Shown piece after piece: positions 16,860 through 25,502 of a DNA stretch of 42,020 bases. Origin of the DNA: Patescibacteria group bacterium (lineage in GTDB: Bacteria > Patescibacteriota > Minisyncoccia > Minisyncoccales > CG1-02-41-26). Below the pieces are notes generated by a model. It saw only the letters and a list, made by a program, of their open reading frames with translations. It was not told the origin of the DNA and did not search any database. Within the stretch, counting starts at the first letter, position 1; the number at the start of each line of letters is the position of its first letter. The position numbers and the translations under genes are program-made. Location: positions 1 through 42,020 of the forward strand of contig JAMCXQ010000026.1 of the NCBI GenBank assembly GCA_023474835.1, written 5' to 3'.

Positions 16860-17810
16860 ATGCAAAAGCCAAAAATACAGCTTCCCAGCTTGGATGATTT
16901 TCTGCTTAATTTGCAGACAAATAATCTATCGCAAGAGACCGTTTATAACTATGAAAGGGACCTGGATGTTTTCCAGGATTTTTTGAACGAAAATAGTGTT
17001 GAATTTGCAAACATCGGGAAAAAAACGCTTTTATTTTATAAAGCGTACCTGAACTCGCACGACAGAAAAACGCCCCTCCACAAAACCGGAAAAAACAAAC
17101 TAAGCAGCTTTTCAACCAATAGAATGTTGTCGGCTTTAAGGTCTTATCTGAAATTTTTGGTTGATGCGGATATCGCAACTCCCATAACCCCTGAAATGGT
17201 AAAATTGACAAAAAATGAAAAAAAACAATATAAAATATCCGAGCTGCTGGAAATAATAAAAATAGTCGAGGCCCCGATGGATTTTGAAAAAAATCAAAAA
17301 GTGGCTTTGCGAAACCGGGCTATGTTTGAAATGCTTTTTTCAACCGGAATGCGCATCTCCGAGCTAATCGGCCTCAAGCAGAACCAGATTGATAAAACAG
17401 GCCGCATTCTTATCAAAGGCAAGGGTAAAAAGGAAAGATTTGTTTATTTGACTCCGAGGGCCGAAAAACACCTGAAAAGCTATCTTGATATCAGAGGAAT
17501 TGTTGACACTCCTTTTCTTTTCATTCCCTATCATGGCAAAAATATCCGCAAAGAAAACAAGAGAATTTCCGCAAATTATATGCAGGAAAGAATAAAAAAA
17601 TACCGCGAATGGCTGGGCATAAATATTCCGATTTCCTGCCACAGCATCCGCCATGCATTTGCCACTTATTTGGCTGAAAACGGAGCCAGCCCGGCGGCTA
17701 TTCAAGTACTGTTGGGACACGAATCATTGAACACGACAACAAGATACATTAACGCTTCAAACAAGTTTGCCGAAGAAACCCACAGGAAATTTCACCCTTT
17801 GAAAAATTAG
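16860..17810 (+). CDS. Tyrosine recombinase, XerC/XerD family
   Basis: 316 aa. N-terminal SAM-like core-binding domain. Catalytic region includes ..R..(GMRISELIGL), HSIRHAFATYL and LLGHESLNTTTRY. Confidence 0.85.
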   Translation: MQKPKIQLPSLDDFLLNLQTNNLSQETVYNYERDLDVFQDFLNENSVEFANIGKKTLLFYKAYLNSHDRKTPLHKTGKNKLSSFSTNRMLSALRSYLKFLVDADIATPITPEMVKLTKNEKKQYKISELLEIIKIVEAPMDFEKNQKVALRNRAMFEMLFSTGMRISELIGLKQNQIDKTGRILIKGKGKKERFVYLTPRAEKHLKSYLDIRGIVDTPFLFIPYHGKNIRKENKRISANYMQERIKKYREWLGINIPISCHSIRHAFATYLAENGASPAAIQVLLGHESLNTTTRYINASNKFAEETHRKFHPLKN

Positions 17811-17813
17811 AGA

Positions 17814-18008
17814 CTACTCCCCCGCCGGAGCTTCAATGACCAGAGGCGGTTTTTGCAGATAAAATTGGACAACCATCCCAGCGCCGAAAGCCAGCAAAAC
17901 CAAAAGAAATACGGTGACAGCGAGCAAGATATCGGCCTTATGGCGCTTGATTTTATTGATTAAATCTGGTAGCATAGCAATATAAAATAATTTCGCATTC
18001 ATTTTCAT
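17814..18008 (-). CDS. Hypothetical small single-pass membrane protein
   Basis: 64-aa ORF with one TM helix (ILLAVTVFLLVLLAFGAGMVV). An alternative start at 17975 (MLPDL...) is equally plausible. No homology recognised. Confidence 0.3.
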   Translation of the reverse strand: MKMNAKLFYIAMLPDLINKIKRHKADILLAVTVFLLVLLAFGAGMVVQFYLQKPPLVIEAPAGE

Positions 18009-18052
18009 TTTGCATTTTTAATTTTGCATTTTGAATTTGAGCGATAGCGATT

Positions 18053-18325
18053 ATGGCACATACAAAGTCCAAAGGTTCAACGAGGCTGGGCAGGGATTCC
18101 CGGCCAAAATACCTGGGTGTTAAAAAATCGGACGGCCAGACCGTGAAAAGCGGAATGATTTTGCTGCGCCAAAGAGGCAGCAGATTTGTGGCTGGTGGCA
18201 ATGTCGGCTGTGGCAAAGATTTCACCTTATACGCGAAAAAAGACGGAAAAGTTCAATTCAAAACCATAAAAAAAACCGCGTTCACCGGCGCCAAAAAAAC
18301 AGTTAAAAGGGTGAATGTGGTTTAA
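18053..18325 (+). CDS. rpmA: 50S ribosomal protein L27
   Basis: 90 aa. [24 protein letters not shown]...RQRGSRF..G.NVG.GKDFTL. Confidence 0.95.
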   Translation: MAHTKSKGSTRLGRDSRPKYLGVKKSDGQTVKSGMILLRQRGSRFVAGGNVGCGKDFTLYAKKDGKVQFKTIKKTAFTGAKKTVKRVNVV

Positions 18326-18343
18326 CAACGTCGCCTGCCTCTG

Positions 18344-18787
18344 CTATTCGGCCACAATGATCAGCTTTACATTTGCTTCCAAGCCGTGGTCAAATTTAAT
18401 TTTGGCTTCAAATTCGCCCAATTCTTTTATATCGCCGGCTAAATCAACCTGCGTTTTTTTTATGTCGTAGCCCATATCCTGCAACTTTGAGGCGATTTTT
18501 TGGGAATTCACTTTTTCAAACAGCTGGCCTTTATCCCCTATTTTCACCGGCATCTCAATTTCCAGGCCGTCTATTTTCCCCGCCATCTTGGCAACCTCTT
18601 TGAGCGCCTCCGCCGCTTCTGCCTCTTGTTTGGCCTGTTGCTCCTGCGCCCATTTCTCATTTGCAGAGCTGAAATCCCTGACTAATTTTTTGGGAAACAA
18701 AAAGTTCCTGGCGTAGCCGTCGTTCACTTCTTTTGTTTCAAACGCTTTCCCCAGCCCTTCAACTTCCTGGATAAGTATTACTTTCAT
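18344..18787 (-). CDS. rplI: 50S ribosomal protein L9
   Basis: 147 aa. MKVILIQEVEGLGK...VNDGYARNFLFPKKL. Confidence 0.93.
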   Translation of the reverse strand: MKVILIQEVEGLGKAFETKEVNDGYARNFLFPKKLVRDFSSANEKWAQEQQAKQEAEAAEALKEVAKMAGKIDGLEIEMPVKIGDKGQLFEKVNSQKIASKLQDMGYDIKKTQVDLAGDIKELGEFEAKIKFDHGLEANVKLIIVAE

Positions 18788-18817
18788 AATTTTACCTGCC
18801 TTACGGCTTTAATAATA

Positions 18818-18846
18818 ATTATATTACAAATTCAAATTTTTGACAA
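18818..18846 (-). promoter_or_regulatory. Sigma70-like promoter for rplI embedded in the ctpA 3' end
   Basis: On the minus strand: TTGTCA (18846-18841), a 17-nt spacer, then TATAAT (18823-18818). This leaves about 24 nt of leader before the rplI ATG. Confidence 0.5.
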
Positions 18847-20041
18847 CATCTATTGCCTTTTCCAGCTGCGCGTCCTCCAACGTTGCAGTGGAAGTGGCCG
18901 CTACTTCGATGTCGGGCGCCAAACCCTCCTTGTCAATAAGATTGCCTTTGGGAGTGAGCCACTTGGCAATGGTGATTTTCAGCGATGATTTGTCGGATAA
19001 GTTAATCTGCTCCTGCACCGAGCCCTTGCCGAACGATTTTTCGCCAATCAGCTGGACTCCCCTTAAATCGCGCAGGCATCCGGCCAATATTTCCGCGGCC
19101 GAAGCCGAACCCTCGTTGATCAAAACCACGGCCGGATATCCCATAAAAGCTCCGTTGCCGTTGGCGTAATGGGGCTTTCGCGCCTGGTTTTCTCCCATAT
19201 CCTGCCAAACAACTACCTCGTTGTTTTTAACGAACCAGCCGGCGATATTCTGTGCCACCTCCAGGTAGCCGCCGGGGTTATTTCTTAAATCAATAATAAT
19301 TCTTTTGGCGCCGGAGCGCAAAATTTCGTTCGATGTTTTCACAAACTCGCCGGGCAGAATTTCATTGAACTGGTAGATTTTTATCAAAGCGATGTCGTCT
19401 CCCTTTTTCTCCCATTCCAAAGTGGGAATTTCAATCAATTCCCTTTTCAAGGCAAAATCCCTGGCTGCCTGCCAATCCCCTCTCACAATTGAAAGAGTAA
19501 CTTCCGTGCCCCGCTCCCCTTTTATTTTGCTCACTGCTTCTTCCACGGTCATATCCTTGGTGTCAACGCCGTCAATTTTCAGAATTGCATCCCCGGCTTT
19601 CAGGCCGGCTTTTTCCGCCGGAGTCCCTTTCAGCGGCGAAATAACGGTTAACTGCCCGTCTTTTATGCCAACGTACATCCCGACGCCCTCATATCTGCCC
19701 GACAGCTCTTCGTTAAAATTGGTGGTTTGCTGAGGCGTAAAAAACGAAGTGTAGGGATCGCCCAAACTTTTGGTCATTCCGTCAACGGCTCCGTAAACCA
19801 TTTTTTGGTAATCAATCTTGTCCTGGCCGATGAAATTTTTTTCCAGCTGCCTCCATGCTTCCCAAAAAATGGCAAAATTTACATTGTTCGGCTTGTCCAA
19901 ATCAGAGCCAATGACATTGGCGGGCGGAGTTTTCATTAAACGGCTTTGCTCAACTAAAATTCCGGCCCGATAACCCAAAAACCCGATTGCCAGAACAATC
20001 GCCAAAAAAACAATGGGTTTGAAAATAGTCTTAGCTTTCAT
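18824..20041 (-). CDS. Carboxy-terminal processing peptidase (S41 family) with PDZ domain
   Basis: 405 aa. N-terminal TM anchor, PDZ region (PAEKAGLKAGDAILKIDG), GSASAAEILAG and GEKSFGKGSVQ. Confidence 0.9.
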   Translation of the reverse strand: MKAKTIFKPIVFLAIVLAIGFLGYRAGILVEQSRLMKTPPANVIGSDLDKPNNVNFAIFWEAWRQLEKNFIGQDKIDYQKMVYGAVDGMTKSLGDPYTSFFTPQQTTNFNEELSGRYEGVGMYVGIKDGQLTVISPLKGTPAEKAGLKAGDAILKIDGVDTKDMTVEEAVSKIKGERGTEVTLSIVRGDWQAARDFALKRELIEIPTLEWEKKGDDIALIKIYQFNEILPGEFVKTSNEILRSGAKRIIIDLRNNPGGYLEVAQNIAGWFVKNNEVVVWQDMGENQARKPHYANGNGAFMGYPAVVLINEGSASAAEILAGCLRDLRGVQLIGEKSFGKGSVQEQINLSDKSSLKITIAKWLTPKGNLIDKEGLAPDIEVAATSTATLEDAQLEKAIDVVKNLNL

Positions 20042-20075
20042 AATCGCTTTTCAATTATAGTATAGCATAACCGTT

Positions 20076-20453
20076 TTAAAATTCCACGCGCCAGCCAAAT
20101 CTTGGTTTGAATTTTTTGTTTGTTGGCCTGGCCCGCTTTATCTTGCCGACAATAAAACTGTCGCAGTGGTCGTCAGCCGTGCCTATCGTATAGCCGTTGA
20201 AAATATGGCCCGGGCTCAACCGGTCTTTGCCAAAAACCAAATGTTCGGCTGCGCCGCCAATGTCATTTGCCAGGCAATACGGCTCGACTTCCCTCCATCC
20301 CTCCGGCGAGTTGTCGGTTTTAGGATAATAAATGTCCACAGTTTTTCTTTGCCGCGCTGAGCGGGCGATTATTGCCAGAATATCCTTAAAATCCATGTAA
20401 TGGGCTTTGCGCTTCCATTCATTGACAATCTTTTGCGCCTTTTTTGCTGTCAT
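20076..20453 (-). CDS. Hypothetical protein with a weak WYL-like signature
   Basis: 125 aa. VDIYYPKTDNSPEGWREVEPYCL followed by ..FIVGKIKRA resembles the WYL-domain pattern. The match is by eye only. Confidence 0.4.
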   Translation of the reverse strand: MTAKKAQKIVNEWKRKAHYMDFKDILAIIARSARQRKTVDIYYPKTDNSPEGWREVEPYCLANDIGGAAEHLVFGKDRLSPGHIFNGYTIGTADDHCDSFIVGKIKRARPTNKKFKPRFGWRVEF

Positions 20454-20483
20454 TTTTTTTCAGTTTTGGCTTTTTCTTTTTAA

Positions 20484-21092
20484 TCATAAACCCGCCAGCC
20501 AGCGGAAAAGCGGCTGGGCAATAAAGGGAGAGCCAACCTGCATCATAAAATAAATCGCCGCCAATGCGAAAAACAGGGCCACGCCCGAAAAAGACATTTT
20601 GTAAAACCACTCCCCTGCCTCCGGAATTATGGCTCCCAAAATGTGCGAGCCGTCCAAAGGCGGCAACGGAATTAAATTGAAAACACCCAGCAAAACATTA
20701 AGCCAGACAAACATTAAAAAAAACTCGGTCAATCCCCTGCCCTGAACCAGGCCGGCCCGTAAAATCAAACCGACGGTAAGCGCCATTGCGAAATTTGACA
20801 AGGGCCCGGACAAACCGACCAAAGCCGACCCCCAGCGCCTGTTTTTCAGGTTATAGGGGTTAAACGGCACGGGCTTGCCCCAGCCGAAACCGAACAAAAA
20901 AAGCATTACTGTGCCAACCGGGTCCAGGTGCGCCAAAGGATTGACGGTTAAACGGCCCATACTGCGGCTGGTTTTATCTCCCAGCAAGTCGGCTGTTTGC
21001 GCGTGGCAATATTCGTGCACGGTAAAAGCGATAACCACTGAAACAGCCATCATCAAATAACTCAAAGGGTTGGAGAATAACAATTCTATCAT
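20484..21092 (-). CDS. Site-2 protease family (M50) zinc metalloprotease
   Basis: 202 aa polytopic protein. HEYCH (HExxH) in the first TM region and NLIPLPPLDG downstream. Confidence 0.85.
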   Translation of the reverse strand: MIELLFSNPLSYLMMAVSVVIAFTVHEYCHAQTADLLGDKTSRSMGRLTVNPLAHLDPVGTVMLFLFGFGWGKPVPFNPYNLKNRRWGSALVGLSGPLSNFAMALTVGLILRAGLVQGRGLTEFFLMFVWLNVLLGVFNLIPLPPLDGSHILGAIIPEAGEWFYKMSFSGVALFFALAAIYFMMQVGSPFIAQPLFRWLAGL

Positions 21093-21116
21093 ACTGGCTA
21101 ATCATACCACTAAAAT

Positions 21117-21145
21117 TTGCAAAATTCAAAATAATCGGCTAAAAT
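21117..21145 (+). promoter_or_regulatory. Sigma70-like promoter for rpmB
   Basis: TTGCAA (21117-21122), a 17-nt spacer, then TAAAAT (21140-21145). It ends 30 nt upstream of the rpmB ATG. Confidence 0.4.
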
Positions 21146-21174
21146 AGAAGCATAAATAACAAAATCAAAAATCT

Positions 21175-21399
21175 ATGGCTAAACAATGCACAATTTGCGG
21201 CAAGGGAAGCCTGCTTTTCGGCAAACTGAACAAATTAAGGGGCAAGTACAATCCGGCCCCCAAGGTGCGGAAATACCCCAATTTGCAATGGCTCAATGTG
21301 CCCGAAATAACCAACAAAAGGCAGTTCCAGCCGCACCGCGGCACAAGGGTTTGGGCGTGCACGAAATGCATTAAAACCCTGTCCAAGCGTGCGAAATAA
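21175..21399 (+). CDS. rpmB: 50S ribosomal protein L28
   Basis: 74 aa. MAKQCTICGKG...G, ...RKYPNLQW... and a basic tail fit the bL28 pattern. Confidence 0.75.
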   Translation: MAKQCTICGKGSLLFGKLNKLRGKYNPAPKVRKYPNLQWLNVPEITNKRQFQPHRGTRVWACTKCIKTLSKRAK

Positions 21400-21407
21400 G
21401 CCTGAAA

Positions 21408-21478
21408 CGGGCTGTAGTATAATGGTAGTATTTGCCCTTGGGGTGGGTAAGATTCCGGTTCAATTCCGGGCAGCCCGA
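21408..21478 (+). tRNA. tRNA-Pro (anticodon GGG)
   Basis: Hand-folded cloverleaf. Acceptor stem CGGGCTG/CAGCCCG is 7 bp perfect. Anticodon stem TGCCC/GGGTA with loop TT-GGG-GT (G37). T-arm TCCGG-TTCAATT-CCGGG. Discriminator A. CCA is not encoded. Confidence 0.85.
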
Positions 21479-21485
21479 AAAAACT

Positions 21486-21839
21486 ATGCCAGAAAAAATG
21501 TTTCAATTCGGCCTTGACGGCAAAAAGGAAGTTATTATTCCCCGAAAAAAAGAAACGGAACTTCCTCCGACAATCGAGACAATACTCAGCAATATTCTTA
21601 AATTAGCGGAAAGCAAAGCCGTTAATTCGGATACTGAAGAAAAAGAAATAAAAAGAATAGGCGGTCTGGTAAACTGGTATTTAAAAAGCACGGAAATATC
21701 CGAAAAAAGAATTGAAATTTACAACAGCCTGACCCAAAGAATTTCCGAAGAGCGAGAAAAAATAACAGGCAAAGACACGGCGGAAAGAATAAAAACTATT
21801 TGGAACAAAATTGACGAACAAATAGGATTTCTTGACTAA
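21486..21839 (+). CDS. Hypothetical protein (charged, helical)
   Basis: Start moved to ATG 21486, because the ORF-track start at 21432 lies inside the tRNA. 117 aa. No family recognised. Followed by a strong terminator. Confidence 0.5.
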   Translation: MPEKMFQFGLDGKKEVIIPRKKETELPPTIETILSNILKLAESKAVNSDTEEKEIKRIGGLVNWYLKSTEISEKRIEIYNSLTQRISEEREKITGKDTAERIKTIWNKIDEQIGFLD

Positions 21840-21840
21840 A

Positions 21841-21887
21841 AGCAAACTAAAACCCTGTCGCTTGAAGCGACAGGGTTTTAGTTTGCT
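21841..21887. terminator. Bidirectional intrinsic terminator between convergent genes
   Basis: Perfect 21-bp inverted repeat agcaaactaaaaccctgtcgc / gcgacagggttttagtttgct with a 5-nt loop. Confidence 0.8.
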
Positions 21888-21900
21888 TACAGCTTACCGC

Positions 21901-24159
21901 TTACTGCTGCCCGCCGGTTGAGGTGCCCAAAACATCCTTGAAGTTTTCGGCCCATTGCGCGTTAAAAGCAACTGCCTGGCGGGCGACTTCGCCCGCTTCG
22001 GCAATATCCCCTGCTTTTTGGGCGAAGCTAACGGCAAAAGTGTAAAAACTGAGCTGGTCCGGGTACTTGGTAATTCTCGCTATGGCGGCTTCTTCGCCCT
22101 GTTTGGCGATTTGCCTGGCTGTTTCCTGCTGGCCGGTTAAATCGGCGATTCTCTGGGCAATATCGTAGGATTGCAGCCAGGCCGGCTCCAGGACAATAGC
22201 CTGCTGGGCCAGCTGCAAAGCCTCGTCGTATTTACCCTCATAAATTCTGTTTTGAGCCAAAGCCCACAAAGCCATCTGATTTTTCGGCGACAAACCCAGG
22301 GCCGTTCGCAAAACCGTTTCGGCCTGGTCTTTTTTGGAATAATCAAGCAAAGTATAAACATTGTATGCCTGGCCCAGTTTGAGCCACGACCTGAAATCCA
22401 AGGGCGACTCCTTAACGCTTTTTCCCAGCTCGCCGGCAATAAAGCCGATTTCACTTTGCGCCGCTTTTTTCATTGCCTCGTCTTTCTGCCAGTCGCCTGC
22501 CCTGTCCTGCACCAGTTTGGTGATGTTTTCGGAAAAGAAATCCCTGATTTGATATTTCCCCAAAGGAGAATCGGCTAAAGTTTTTTTGTAAAATTCCATC
22601 CGGGTGGCCGTATCCTGCCCGACAATGGCCGAAATGACAAAGTGGTCGGACATCGCCGGCTTGACGACGAACTCGGCCAGACAAACGGCAAAAGCAGCCA
22701 GCGCCACGAGAGCGAACCACTGATTTTTTAATTTGCCTGTTTTTTGCGCGACCGGCTGGTTTTTATCCGTGGCCAGGAAACCGCCAAACCCCAGCGCCAG
22801 GCCGAACATCATCAGGCTTACGGGCATGTCAAAAACAGTCAGGTTCTGCAGGAAATAGGCGACGGGCAAAATAATGAAAACAACAAAAGTCCAAAAATCA
22901 ATGGTTTTTTCTTTCAGGTATTTTCGCGAAACAATGTAAAAGAGCGCGGCGAAAATTCCAAAATACGCCAAAGAGCCCAGCACGCCCATTGTCGCTAAAT
23001 TGTCAAAAACAATGTTGTGGGTCCGGTCAAACCAAACTTCGCTGCCACACTCCAAGGTAAAAAGGCAGGGGTTGAAAAATCTGGGGAAAAGAACGTCGTA
23101 TGTTTCCGGGCCCCAGCCCAAGGCAGGCCTTTCCATAAATCCTGACCAGGCGATTTGCCAGTTGACAAACCTTGAACGGCTTGTCAAATCAATGAACTTA
23201 TTGTGCACGAAACTGCCCGGAGTGAAAAGCAAAACCAAACCGCACAGAGCTGCCGCCAGCGACAGGCAAAGCAGAACCCGGCCGACGATTTTCAGCGATT
23301 TCCTGCGGGGCATAAAGCTCAGCCAAAAAAGGGCGCTCAAAGCCAGGCCGCCTATCAAGCATACGGTGGCGGCCCGCGCCCCGGCGAAATGGACGACTAA
23401 CAGAAAATAAACAACCAAAGCAGCGGCAATGATTTTCGCGGTTTTGTTTTTTGCCTGCCAAAAAACGTAAAAAGCCAAAAACCCGCTGAACAAAAGATAG
23501 GTGCCCAAAAAAGAAGTATTGCCCACGGTGGCGCTGCCGTTTGCCGCCATACCCAGATTTTTAACGCCGGCCAGCTCCAAAGTCGCCAGAAAAGCCGTGA
23601 TAACCGACCAGCCAAGCGAAACAACGAAAATTTTCCGCCAGTCTTTCCAGGTTTTGAAAGTGTTGGAAATCGCCAGAAAAAACCCGAAAATATGCAGCCA
23701 CATTAAAAGCCCGGTCATTCTTTCAAATTTTGACCAAAAAGACCTGGAGGGGTCAACGCCGAAAACCGAGCTCAGGGTCATTGCCAGAATAAAAAAAGCG
23801 AAAGCGATTAAAAGATAATTGAGCTTGGGCCGGTACTGCTTGGAAAGAACGGCCAAAACCAGCCAGCTGAAAAACACCAGTTCGCAAAAACCCATTAAAT
23901 AAAGGCTTTTTAAGCCGACAAAAGGAAAGAAAAATTTACTTTGCAAAACAAGCGGGCTGGCCAGGGCCAGATACACCCCGATTGTTGCCAGAAAAAGCAA
24001 AACTTTTTCCAGCCCCGATTGCGCAGGGCGGCCGGAAACGATAACGTCCGGCTTCAAGCCGGGGCTTTCCCGTTTTATCTTTTTTTCTCTTGATTTTTTG
24101 CCCATAGGTTTTTTGTTGTATATGTTTTGCATTATACTATTAATATGGATTTTTGCCAA
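21901..24159 (-). CDS. O-antigen ligase/polymerase-like (Wzy_C family) membrane protein with C-terminal TPR-like repeats
   Basis: 752 aa. About 12 TM segments followed by a soluble tail with TPR-like helices (YDEALQLAQQAIVLEPAW..., AEAGEVARQAVAFNAQW). The exact start codon is uncertain because there are several in-frame Met residues. Confidence 0.75.
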   Translation of the reverse strand: MAKIHINSIMQNIYNKKPMGKKSREKKIKRESPGLKPDVIVSGRPAQSGLEKVLLFLATIGVYLALASPLVLQSKFFFPFVGLKSLYLMGFCELVFFSWLVLAVLSKQYRPKLNYLLIAFAFFILAMTLSSVFGVDPSRSFWSKFERMTGLLMWLHIFGFFLAISNTFKTWKDWRKIFVVSLGWSVITAFLATLELAGVKNLGMAANGSATVGNTSFLGTYLLFSGFLAFYVFWQAKNKTAKIIAAALVVYFLLVVHFAGARAATVCLIGGLALSALFWLSFMPRRKSLKIVGRVLLCLSLAAALCGLVLLFTPGSFVHNKFIDLTSRSRFVNWQIAWSGFMERPALGWGPETYDVLFPRFFNPCLFTLECGSEVWFDRTHNIVFDNLATMGVLGSLAYFGIFAALFYIVSRKYLKEKTIDFWTFVVFIILPVAYFLQNLTVFDMPVSLMMFGLALGFGGFLATDKNQPVAQKTGKLKNQWFALVALAAFAVCLAEFVVKPAMSDHFVISAIVGQDTATRMEFYKKTLADSPLGKYQIRDFFSENITKLVQDRAGDWQKDEAMKKAAQSEIGFIAGELGKSVKESPLDFRSWLKLGQAYNVYTLLDYSKKDQAETVLRTALGLSPKNQMALWALAQNRIYEGKYDEALQLAQQAIVLEPAWLQSYDIAQRIADLTGQQETARQIAKQGEEAAIARITKYPDQLSFYTFAVSFAQKAGDIAEAGEVARQAVAFNAQWAENFKDVLGTSTGGQQ

Positions 24160-24191
24160 GCTTTATTATACAATAAATTGAGGCAATTTAT

Positions 24192-25502
24192 ATGAAAAAA
24201 CTAAGGCAGCTTATTCTGTTCCTGGGCGACCTGATAATGGCCGCTGGCGCGCTTTTGGCCACGGTTTACCTTGGCTTTTGGAACAACTTTTCCTGGCGCG
24301 TTTTTAACCAGCACATTCTGCCATTTTCAATCCTCTATGCCGTGTGGCTGGCGATTTTTTATGTTTTCGGGCTTTATGATTTAAGCGTCCTGAAGCCGAA
24401 AACCGACCTTTTGTCAAAAATCGGCCAGGGCTTTGCCGTTTGTTTTTTAATTGGCCTGGCTTTTTTCTATCTCATACCCATATTCGGCATAACGCCCAAA
24501 ACCAATTTATTGATTGACATTTTGGTTTTCGCCGGCCTGGTGCTTTTGTGGCGCCGCGCCTTCTACGGCCTTTTTTCAACCGTTTATCTGCGCAACATCG
24601 GCTTTTTGGGCAAAACGGCCCTTTCCGAAAATTTATACCAGACAATAAAAAACAACCCCCAGCTGGGCTACAAACTGGCCGGCTATCTGGAAAAAACCGA
24701 AAATATAATCCACCAGATAAAACAAAACAAAATCCAGGTTTTGGTTTTATCCCAAGACATTTCCAAAAATCCGAAAATCGTTCAGGGACTTTACCAGTGT
24801 CTGCCCCTGCGAATTGACATTTTAGATCTGGCCCGGGCTTACGAAGCGATACTGCAAAAAATCCCGATTGATTTCGTCAACCAGACCTGGTTTCTGCAAA
24901 ATCTTTCCGAGGGGGAAAAAATATCTTACGACAAAACCAAAAGAATAATTGACGTTTTTTTGGCAGGGCTGCTTTTAGCAATAACTTCGCCTTTTTGGTT
25001 TTTTATATTTTTGGCAATCAAACTTGACGACAAAGGCGCGATTTTTTACAAACAGCAAAGAATCGGCAAAGACAACAGGGTTTTTTGGATTTGGAAATTC
25101 AGGTCAATGAAACCGGATGCGGAAAAAACGGGCGCGAAGTGGGCCGAGAAAAACGACCCGCGCATAACAAAAGCGGGCAAAATCTTGCGGAGATTGCATT
25201 TTGACGAATTTCCGCAAATGCTCAACGTGCTCAAAGGCGACATTTCCCTGGTAGGGCCCCGGCCGGAGCGGCCGGAGTTTGTGCGCCAGCTGACAAAGCA
25301 AATCCCCCACTACCACTTAAGAAACCTTATCAAACCGGGCTTTACCGGCTGGGCGCAGGTCAAATACATCCATTACGCCAGAAACGAGCAGGAAAGCCAC
25401 GAAAAATTCCAGTATGACCTGTATTACATAAAAAACAGATCCTTTTTTCTGGACCTGGGCATTTTGCTAAAAACATTTCAGTTATTTTTCACCAAAGGAT
25501 AA
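24192..25502 (+). CDS. Polyprenyl-phosphate glycosyl-1-phosphate transferase (WbaP/large PGT type, initiating enzyme)
   Basis: 436 aa. N-terminal TM bundle. The C-terminal bacterial sugar transferase domain has RIGKDNRVFWIWKFRSM and DEFPQMLNVLKGDISLVGPRPERPEF. GAGG lies 8 nt upstream of the ATG. Confidence 0.9.
   Translation: MKKLRQLILFLGDLIMAAGALLATVYLGFWNNFSWRVFNQHILPFSILYAVWLAIFYVFGLYDLSVLKPKTDLLSKIGQGFAVCFLIGLAFFYLIPIFGITPKTNLLIDILVFAGLVLLWRRAFYGLFSTVYLRNIGFLGKTALSENLYQTIKNNPQLGYKLAGYLEKTENIIHQIKQNKIQVLVLSQDISKNPKIVQGLYQCLPLRIDILDLARAYEAILQKIPIDFVNQTWFLQNLSEGEKISYDKTKRIIDVFLAGLLLAITSPFWFFIFLAIKLDDKGAIFYKQQRIGKDNRVFWIWKFRSMKPDAEKTGAKWAEKNDPRITKAGKILRRLHFDEFPQMLNVLKGDISLVGPRPERPEFVRQLTKQIPHYHLRNLIKPGFTGWAQVKYIHYARNEQESHEKFQYDLYYIKNRSFFLDLGILLKTFQLFFTKG

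Noticed and set aside
16860-17810. Tyrosine recombinase as a marker of an integrated mobile element
   Set aside because: It has XerC/D-like domain architecture. I could find no flanking direct repeats, phage or plasmid genes, or a tRNA-adjacent att site. It is most simply the chromosomal dimer-resolution recombinase, although the gene looks somewhat AT-richer than its neighbours.
21432-21485. ORF start overlapping the tRNA-Pro gene
   Set aside because: The first 18 codons are the tRNA sequence itself. An in-frame ATG at 21486, just past the tRNA 3' end, is the plausible start.
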